Below are positions 54,201 through 64,000 of a DNA stretch of 64,000 nucleotides, piece after piece. Location of the stretch: positions 1-64,000 of the IMG/VR virus record IMGVR_UViG_3300013936_000015, one strand, 5' to 3'. Below the pieces are notes generated by a model. The model searched no databases. It was not told where the DNA came from and saw nothing but the letters and a program-made list of their open reading frames with translations. The stretch's first letter is position 1, and each line of letters starts with the position of its first letter. Source of the DNA: a virus. Its lineage: Duplodnaviria; Caudoviricetes. The translations under genes were made by a program, and so were the position numbers.

Positions 54201-57200
54201 TCTCATAGCTACAGTTCTAAAAGTCTAAGCTGTTATTAAGTAAACTTTCCGCATGAGAATCTCTAATGCTTTTAATATCATCCCTATATTGTGTAATAAT
54301 ATCTTTTGCACCATTAAAATTAGGTAAATTATTACTCTTGTTACTTAATTCAGCATTAAGTGTTTTTAATACAGAATCACTTTCATCAAAACCAGATAAC
54401 GCCTTTGTTTTCAGTCTATCTAATGTGTCTCGTAATTGTTGTTCCTAATTCTAAAGAGAGAAACTATTTAGAGTACTCTGAAGATAGTTTCTAAGATTAG
54501 CATCCCTTATTTTCTATATTGTTGTATTAACAGTTTCTCCAGTAGAAAGTCCTATTGTCACATTTCCCTAGTTATCTATACGGACATAATTCTGCATATT
54601 ACCAGACTGATTTGTAACATAATCCAACTGTCCTAAATCATCAGCAGTAAGGGAAGTAATACCAACACATTCTATATCATTATTAGTTTGTTTCCAATTC
54701 CAATCACTCGTATCTATATTCAAGTCTATATTCTGACTATATTTAGCAGATATTACTTTAATAATTTCAGTACTTGCATTTGATAATATCAATTTTTCTG
54801 TATTATCCAATGCAGAACTTTCACGATCCTTATATTCCTATTCTTTATCATATAACTGATTAAATGTAAGAGTATTTGCATTCTACAAGAATGTGTTAAT
54901 TTCATTCTGTAAATCTGCTATAGACTGTGTTGTTGAAGTAGGCGGAACTACTGTAGAATTACTATTGTTTGAAGTATTTCCAGACGTATTATTCTGATTA
55001 TTATTAGAAGTACTTCCAGAAATAGGAGACCCAGTAGGAATACTCTGTCTAGATTGATATTTAATAACACCGGGTGTAAATTTCTATAATGAATTTACCA
55101 GAATATTCATATAATTCTAAGCATATCTCTATTTGGAATCAGTAGAGATATTAAACTCGCTGGTTTCTTGATCTTTAACTTGAGAAAGAGGGAGAACGCT
55201 GGTCTTTTTGGCATTATTAAGCAGAATACTTCCTTTCTACGCCCTAGTAACAGCAGTATATACGTCCTATAGATATGGAACAGATCCTACATTAGGATTA
55301 GCATCAATGATCCAATAATTTCCTTCTTCACCTTGAGCAGAGTTTCCTTCATAGAAATTTATATGGTCTTTATATTTAGGAGTTCCAGATAACTTCTAAT
55401 AAAGTGCCGAATTGGTATCATAATAGATATAACCAATTTTTTCTCCTTTTTCTAGATTGGCAAGAAATTTATCTATCCCCTCTAGAATTTGGTCTATATC
55501 TTGATCTTCTATAATTTTTGTTCCAAGAATCCTATTATCGTCTTCATAATAATGAAGAACAAGAGAATCATTAATATGAGATGTAGAATGTAATCTAGCA
55601 ATTATAGCATTTTGATTGGTAGTCTATTGTACATTTAATGAACGTAAAGATGTTCCAATCTTTGCAGTATGCATCATCTGGTTAGGCTCTAATACAGATG
55701 TAAAAGTATAATTTTTTAAATCATCTATAGTATACCCATTGTCTGCTGCATTCTATTTTATTTCATCTAATTGAGATGGTTCTAAAAGATTTTCCAGAGG
55801 AAGAGTTGCTCTAGATTGTGTCTAGTCTAAATCACCAAGTGTTACTACTGCTATTCCATTCTTCTATGCATACCTATCAATAAGCTATAATTCATCAAGA
55901 GTAAATCTACTTACCTCATCAATAAGAATAACTTGTGGAATTTCATCTGTTTCTTTTAATTCAAAAGAATTAATAATACCTTTATCCTTATCATAGATAT
56001 ATCTATCCTTTCCTTGTGAAGTTTTTACATCAGCAATAGTACCTTCATCGTTAAGTGTAAAGTCTTCCCAATCACTAATTTTTTGTAATAAACTTGTTCT
56101 GGAGAAATTACCCTTTCCTTTATTTTCTAATCCCAGAGTTTTTCTATCTCTTTCTGCATTCTACTCGCTAGTATTTATAATCCATACATTACTAACTTCA
56201 TTAAATTTCTATAAATACTATGCCAGAATGTATTTTACAGCAGCACTCTTACCACATCCAGCATTTCCAAATACTGCAGTAGTATTAATAAAGGTGTTAA
56301 AGTTTATACTATATAATAATGAAAGATTGGTCGCAATAGTATTAGCAATGGTTTCATTATTAACTAATGAATTAATATAGTCTACTCTATCTTTATAGGG
56401 TAGTGATTTTAAATAATCAAATGTTGCTTTCTATGCTGCAATATTAAATTTACTAAGTGTTTCTCCATTTATTACATTAGCAACACACAGCTAAAGTGCC
56501 TGCATCTATGAATCAATAGGAACAATCCCTGCCTAATTATATATAGGAAGTATATCCTTCATAAATTCAGATGTCTTAATAGCTGCAGATGCTGTTAACC
56601 ATCCAAAGAAAGCATTATTATCATAAGAATCAGATGTTTCTGTAAGTATTGTCTAATCCTAGCTTAATAAACTTAACTTCTAAGGATTAAAAAATGCAGA
56701 TAAATCTTTAGTACTATTTTTTTGGAAAAAATCATATACCGCATCAGATAATGAAATAAACTCTTGTTTTATTTTAGTAGTTATATCATTAGAAAACCCA
56801 CTATTATCAGTAATACTATCAATAGTAGGACAATTATCAAGAGCTTTCTTTAAGTCATCTGTATCCCAATCATCGGGAACTACATCAATAATAGATTTTA
56901 ATTTCTTATAAAGTAACTAAGTAGTATTTATACCAACATTAGTTTGTCTATTTAATACCTAACCTACATTAATACCATAGAGAGTTTTATAATATTCTAT
57001 CTGTTCTTTTAAAGATCGAATATCCAACAAAAGATTATCAGCAACTTCACCACTAATAGTAGGAAGTTCTTCCCAAGATTCATCTTTAGAAGAATGTGCA
57101 ACATCATTTAATGTCTTATTAATACCAAAAATGTTATCTCTAGGAGTTCCAGATTTATCATCAAAAACCTTTAAATCTGCATTATCAGAACGAGCACCCT

Positions 57201-60200
57201 CAGCAATAGCTTCTAATTGATTTAATAAAATACTAGCCTATATTAGTCTTTTCTTTGTAGAATCATTAATAGAAAACTTAGAAGGATCACCGTCAGTAGA
57301 AACCTCACTTTTCTATAAATCTTTTAATAATTGAGAAAAATATACTGGTTCAGAAGATACTGATAAATCAAAGGCATCCAATAAACTAGTAATAGGGGTA
57401 TTAGGAAGAGAATTATCAGATAAAGCCTATTCATATTGAACAAATGGAGTTTTAAGCCCTTCTCTACGTGCATTATCTGCCAAATCTTCAACATCAACAT
57501 TAAATCCATCATCAAAATTATTTATAGTTCTTCCTACATTCTACCACCATTTCTTTCTCTATGCTTGAGCAGTCTTAAAGAACATTTGATATGTTCCTCT
57601 TAATTGAGAGGGAATAAACCCTCTGTTTTGTGCTTTTTTACCCTCTTCAATAACTTTATTATCAAAATCATCTAATACTTCTCTAGCCAATTTTTCATAA
57701 AGTTCTGGAGATATTGATACATTTTCAGTTTCTCTATTACCTACTCTCATTATTCTCTTTCCATAAGAAACTGGCATATTAGTTTCTGGATCTATTAAAG
57801 CAGATAATTGTGCATCTTCAGGTAATACAGTAGCATCCGCATCTTGATTTTCTACAGCATCCTGTAAAATTTGAAGTTTAAGAGCAGTATAATCAAATAA
57901 TAAATTAGAAGCCTCCTATGCTCCTTCTGCATCTGTTAAAAACTAATTCTAATCAACCTATGCTTCTTCATTTAAAGTTCTATTAACCTAAAGACTATTA
58001 TTTAATATTTTTTTGATATCATCATCTTGAGCTAATTGAGCATAAGTGTTTTGAATTTCATTTAGCTTATTCGCAAAAGCCTTTGTATATGCAAGATAAT
58101 TCTTAGTAGCCTAATCAATATCATTCTTCTTATCAGATTTTAGATATTCAATATAAGACCCTTTAAGAGTTTCTAACTTCTCTTTTGGAATATCCTCAAA
58201 TTTAGTATTCTCTTTTGCTTCGGCATATCCTCTAAAAGTAGCTGATTTTAAGAATGGCTGTAAGATAAGAGGTGTTGACTCTAATAATGCCGGAGCCATA
58301 AATAATGCAGCTCTTTTACCAGTATTAATATCATCAATCTTCTATTTAACCTCATCAAGCTACTTCTATTTCTTATCAATTAAATCTAAAGTAGTTTTTA
58401 CTTTAGGATCATCTTGTTTATATTTTTGATCAGGAACATTCATACTATCTTTTAATTGATAAATTTCATTATGTAACTATAATGCTTGTGTAGCAAGTGT
58501 ATTATAGTCCTAAATCATTTTACCAGCAGTAGTAGTATGGTAAAGATATTGCCATCTTAAATCTTTAAGAGTATTTGCATCAAATAAACTCTAATCATCA
58601 AGAGTAGCACCGTCCGCTTCTAAAGTAGTTTGAAGTAAATCAACCTATTTATTAATAAGGTCTTTTATATATTTATCTTGATTATCATCCTTTGTTCCCT
58701 GTTCATAACCAATGATATTGCCATTCTCATCAGTAACTGTTTTGGTGGCAGATAAATATTTATTTCCAAGAGTATCATTATTTATCATCTTTCTAAATGA
58801 TTGTAACTCTTTTGGGTTACGAAGCATATAAACCAATTCTTGAGATGCTTTCTGAAATGTCATATCTCCAGTAGATTTTGCAGTATTAAAATTTAAGGTG
58901 ACATTTCCAATACCACCACCAATAGCACCTCCCATAAATGACATTAGATAACGTGTTTGCCATCCGTCATGGCTCATTCTTGAAGAAGACCCGTTAGCTT
59001 CCTAATAAAGATTATAAGTTGCTCTTACAAAGTCTGAAAGAACCTCCTCGCTGGTTTCCTCAAAACCTTCTCCAAGAGCACTTGCTGCAGTAGATTTTAA
59101 GGTTTGTGAAAAAGTGCCCTATCTTCCTACCTTATAGTCTGCTTTGAAAATCTTCTTTCCTAGATTTATTGTTTTAGCCCATAAAGTAGATTTTGCTTGT
59201 TTTGTGGTAGCATTGGCACTTTCTATATTGAATTGTTTAATAGCATCCTTAGTAAGAGCATTTTTAATGCTTTTCATCTTCATCTTATTTGCTCTTAATT
59301 CTGGTAATACCCATTCACCAAGTCCTGTGCTTAACAATCCATATTCTGCTGCAGCATAGCCCATAGTAAGTAATGCTGCTTGTGCATCACTAGCTCCTGC
59401 CTATTTTGCCTCATCATATGTGTCATTAACAGTGAGAAGAGTCATATATGCTTTAGATAAAACAGCACCAGTATTATAATATTTACTAACATAATCCTCA
59501 ACTTGTTTAGCTGCTTTCATCTGATTAACTAATTCAAGTTGCTTAATACTATTCATAGCATTAATAGGATTTTCTTTAGTAAGTTGCTGCATTGTCATAC
59601 CAGTCTTTGCTTCTATCTTTGCGATATTCTAAGCATTAAGAGCTTTCTCAGTTTCATTGGCCATTGCCTGTTGGCCCTTTTGAGAAAGTACTCTTTTATC
59701 CATTCCAAAAATTCTGGGAAGTTGTTCAAAGAGCATTCTTTGTTGTTTTAGTTGTGCAACAGTATCACCAACCATACCAAACATATTTTCCCACGTCCAT
59801 GCTTCTTGCTGACTGTGTTCTGATCTAGTAAGCATAGGATTAGTAGCTTCTGACATTCCTTGCACAAAATTACAAAGTTTATTATCAGAGCCTAATGCTA
59901 TCTTTCCTAATGTAGAACCAATATCAAGAGCTTGTTGTAAAATAGTAGCACCTGTAATGTACTACCCTACTCCCGGAATAAACATTGCACCAACTAATGC
60001 AGCATTTTTAACAAAAGAGCCTGCTGCAGATTTCTATATATCATCACTATCAAGAAAATCAACAGAGTTTAAGGGGTTGTCTTCTGCAGTAAGCACATCA
60101 CTAAGATGTAAAATCTATCTGCCGTTAATACTTCTGCCATTTAAATTTTCATAGTAATATGTACCAGTATCAGGATTGATTTTTAATTCTCCTTTATGAT

Positions 60201-60810
60201 GCTCTATTTTCTTTTCATCAAATCCAGCCTATCCTCTTTCAATTCCATTAATATCAATATCATTATCATATTGTGCAAGTGCTCTTACATCTGTAAGATT
60301 TCCAAAGAAGGATGCTTCTGGAGAATCTTTCCATGATTTAGAAGCAGGATCCCACACTTTCTGACTCTATGCAATTTCTGCTGCTGTCTTTGTTCTAGGA
60401 CCAGTCTATCCGGGGCGTATCATTCCCTCAGTAACCCGATCTGGATTAAACTAATGAGTATTAATACTAAATTCAGGAGAGTAATCCACAGCTTCATGAG
60501 GAGCAAATAAATCATATTTGCTATACTTCATCTAAAATTCATTTTCTGCTTCTTTGACCAACTAATCCTATGCTAATTGATTATAAGCAAATGCAGAAGT
60601 ATTGTATATTTTATTAAAATTAGGTTGACTAAAGTTATTATTACTATCTTTAAATAAGTCATTATCCTAAATCTAAGAAGAATTTTCATATGTATCCTTA
60701 GATTGAAAAGAAGTGTTGGTAACATTTAAACCAACACTCTAAAAGTCTTGTACGTTAAATGATGGATTAGCCATTACATTTAACAACATATCATTTTCCT
60801 TTTGCTCCAT
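51241..60810 (-). CDS. giant putative virion cargo/ejection protein with SF1 helicase domain (~3189 aa, TAG=Gln)
   Basis: Ten fragments in one frame from ATG 60810 to TAA 51241; GNAGCGKS, IDEVS, GDLD(Q), AQGEE, YTAVTRA; Gly/Ala-rich hydrophobic helices near the N-terminus. Confidence 0.82.
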
Positions 60811-62702
60811 TACATTTGTAAATTACCCGGATTATTATATTTCTATCTTATATAGTCTCTTGTTTGCTGTTGTCTGTTCATAGCCTATGCTTCATTAGCA
60901 TCCATTTTGATTCCGCTTCCAGTATAATAATCAACAAAGTTATCAGACATTGGAATAAAGACAGTACCCTAATAAAGAGTGTCTCCTCCCATTCCAAAGA
61001 ATCCATTATCTAATTTGTAATCTTTATATGATTCTTTATTAAATCTTCTAATACCCTGATTATATGCATCTCTAGAAGCACTATCTCCTACTTCAAATAA
61101 TTCAGAATCACCTAAATCATTTCCTTGTAATGCTGTCTCAGAACCTTCACCAGCAACCATCATAAATCTTCTATATGGAGCAGACAATTTACCAGAACTG
61201 TCATATTTAGCCTCTAATCCATTTTCAGCATAAATCTGATTAATTGCCTGTTTTTGAACATTAGTGAGCTTATCTTGTGGAATATTAGCAAGACCCCCTA
61301 ATTGCTCTTGATTAACCTTTTCTATCTTTTCAATTAATGCTAAATCTGGAGTAATAATACCTTGTTGAGCCTTTTCTTGATCAATAGGTAACTCAGTTTC
61401 ATAAACTCTACCATTCAACATAATCATATTAGCCATATTAGGATTAATCTTAACACCATTCATAGATGCCTGACTAATGTCTCCCATACTACCAAGTCTT
61501 CCATTACCAAGTTCTTCAAGAGTAGTAGTAGATAACGGATGTCCAGAAGCATCAAGCATTGCAATGGATGTAACGTTCATATCTAATCCTACCTGTCCAG
61601 CCCCCTTTGTTCTTAGTTTAAAGTGGTCTTTTTTACCATAACCACTAGCAAACTGAACTGCAGGATCTGTATCAACATCTTTAATAGGATTGCCGTTTTG
61701 ATCAGTCTTACTACTCTTAGCAGAGCCGTCTAAATTCATATTCTTCATATAAGAAGAAGTGAAGCTAACTTCTGAAGAAGTCTTACCCATTACAATTTCC
61801 TTAATAAGACCATATGCACCATTTTGTGTGCCATCAGAATTAAGCATAAGATAAGACCTCTGAGCAGAATTAAGATTTCTATAAATGGCATCTACAGCCA
61901 TCTATGCTTGTGCCTACTAGGTCTTACTTTTATAATGTTGTTTATAAACACCATCCATAGGACCTACACCAGCTTCTTTAATAGCTTGAATACCTTTAGC
62001 AATCTAATTACCCTATCTATAAGCATATCCATCTTGTTCAGTAGTAGAACTTCCCAAATTAGATGCAATAGCATTAATAGTATTCTTAATACTATCAAAA
62101 GACACGCCATTCTTTACGACATCTAAAACAGAATTATCAAATGCCATATTAGGGTTATGTCGTCTGTCAGAAAGTAAATCTGAATTTCTACATATAGCAG
62201 CTTTACCTGATTGTGCCAGCTAAATAGCCTATTTAGGAGTTACCATCTGATAACCATTAGCTGTTCTCATTACTACTCGTCCATCAGAACTGATAGCTGC
62301 TTCAGAAAGTGTCTTATTAGATTTTGCAATATCAAATGTCTCTTTATAATCTTCTTTCGCCTCTATTACTTTATTTACTAAATTTAATGTTCTATAATAT
62401 GCTGCAGCAGTACCCCCTGTACCAAAAGCACTGTCATAAGTAGCCTATTTTGCTAGCTAACTAGTGACCACAGCTACATCATTATCTAATCCCTTCAATC
62501 CCTTCACAAGTTCCATTGTATCTTTAGAAGTATCACTACTTTTAGCTTTTGCTGCTTCTGCTTGATCTTGCTTGCTTTGCATATTAGCAACAGTAGCTAA
62601 AAAAGCATTTGGGGATTGTTTATTTACAAGAGTAGGACTAAAAGAAGCTAGAAAGGGGGCAAAAGCACCCCCATTCTAAAACTTTTTAAATTGTATTCTC
62701 AT
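60810..62702 (-). CDS. putative virion cargo protein (~630 aa, TAG=Gln)
   Basis: ATG 62702 MRIQFKKF(Q)NGG; in frame with ORF 60969..61901; TAATG overlap with the next gene. Confidence 0.75.
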
Positions 62703-62703
62703 A

Positions 62704-64000
62704 TTAATATTTTGCTTGTCTCATTTTACCAAATTGTTTCCAAAAGGCATCTAACTTAGCTTTCCACTATTTGTAAAGTCTATCATTAGTTTTATTATCC
62801 TCCTTTACCATTGTATCATAAGAAAGATTGTTTCTTTTTACTTTAGTACCTTTCTTTGCTTTAATAGGAGGAGTACCTGCTGGAGGTGTATATGAACCAG
62901 TTGGAGTAAATACTCTCATACCATTATATCGAACCTTTGCTAAATCAGCAATTCTTTTAAGATAATCAACACTCTTTTCATATCCTAATGAAGATAGCTC
63001 ATTCTGCATTTGAGTAAGAATAGCAGTCTACTCTTCTTCTGTTTTAGCTGCATCATATTTCTTCTTATATGCTGCCTGAATAGCAGCTATCTTAGGATTA
63101 TATGAAAGTTCATTATCTAACAATGCAGACTATGCATCGACCCATTGCTGAGTCTACTCTTTATTCTACTGCTTTTCAATAGCAGGCTTTTCTACATAAG
63201 TCTACCACCAAGTTTTCCAATTATTATGGTTCATGGTGTTAGTACTCAACATAACATTAGCCCTCTCTCTTTCATTAGCAATCAGATTCTTATAATTATT
63301 ATTAGCAACCTATACTCTTCTGGCAAGATTAGCATCAGCATGCTATTTAGCAACTTCTGCAGTTTTTTCAATCTTTGCATTATCAGCAGCCTTTCCTTTA
63401 GCAGATAGATCTGCAGCTTGTGACATTCCCTGCATCTAAATAGCATTTGCCCTATCAGCATCAGAAGTATTTGCAGCATTCATAGCTGCAATATTTTGTG
63501 TGGCTGCTCCTGCCTATTGATAAGCATTCTATGTTGCATAATCACCTCTTACTGGCGCAAATGTGTCATAAGTCTTTTCTAATACTGGATTTAAATAACT
63601 TAAATATAAATCCCTTTGTTTATTATTAAATTTATTATCAGACATTGCCTGCCTTAATCCAAGTAAAGCAGGTGTAAGCTCTTTTAATTTATCAATAACT
63701 GGACGTAAAGTATCTTTAGGCCCGTTTTCTGGAGTAATACCTGCAACATTCTGTCCAGTGGTTCTTCTTAGATAATAATATCCATCATTACCAAGATACT
63801 GTTCCATTCCAATAGATTTTAATCTATTGTTCCAATCAGTAAGCTATTCGGTAGTAAAATCTCCCTGTCTTCCAAGAAGTCTTCTATCATCGGTCTAACC
63901 ACTATATGAACCGTCAGGTCTCCAATTAGAAACTGAAGAATCACCTCCATTTCTTTTTTCATGACCAATATATCTATATCTTCCTGCTTCCCAAGCAGGT
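62704..64000 (-). CDS. putative virion cargo protein, 5' partial (TAG=Gln)
   Basis: Fragments 63529..63807 and 62767..63009 are in frame to TAA 62704; contains KAKKGTK. Confidence 0.7.

Noticed and set aside
34473-64000. Massive pseudogenisation or poor sequence quality of the - arm
   Set aside because: The breaks checked are all TAG, frame is conserved over many kb, and motifs are intact; this fits recoding.
1-64000. Suppressor tRNA(CUA) or other tRNA genes
   Set aside because: No T-arm consensus with a cloverleaf was found by eye; probably outside the window. tRNAscan-SE is needed to be sure.
1-64000. Genome-wide TGA=Trp recoding
   Set aside because: TGA ends many genes with ATGA overlaps and Trp is otherwise TGG; only two isolated suspicious TGAs.
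1-64000. CRISPR array or IS element
   Set aside because: No regularly spaced repeats, transposase motifs or terminal inverted repeats were seen.

Overview
A 64-kb piece of an AT-rich crAss-like (Crassvirales) phage genome, probably infecting Bacteroidales, with two convergent arms that meet at terminator hairpins near 34.4 kb. The + arm (1-34374) carries replication, recombination and nucleotide-metabolism genes (SF2 helicase, DnaB, AAA ATPase, primase, resolvase, exonuclease, NrdDG, dUTPase, ligase, PolA, GMP reductase-like), a sigma-70 factor, probable lysis genes and many small ORFs. The - arm (34473-64000) looks shredded in the standard code. However, the true-frame fragments I checked end in TAG and stay in frame, so with TAG=Gln (code 15) they join into six genes of about 1689, 384, 3297, 3189, 630 and >430 aa, the typical crAss virion cargo/RNA polymerase block. 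Three group I introns interrupt conserved motifs: the helicase Walker A, nrdD, and the position directly before the RNAP catalytic DYDID. Most notable: a NADAR (ADP-ribosylhydrolase-like) domain inside the virion RNA polymerase, a GC-rich captured FGE/C-type-lectin domain ending in a DGR-style variable region with no RT or template in view, an unannotated ~350-nt structured intergenic RNA candidate, and TAG-locked spanin-like and HNH-derived genes inside the otherwise TAG-free early arm. Family assignments come from motif recognition by eye, not database searches.
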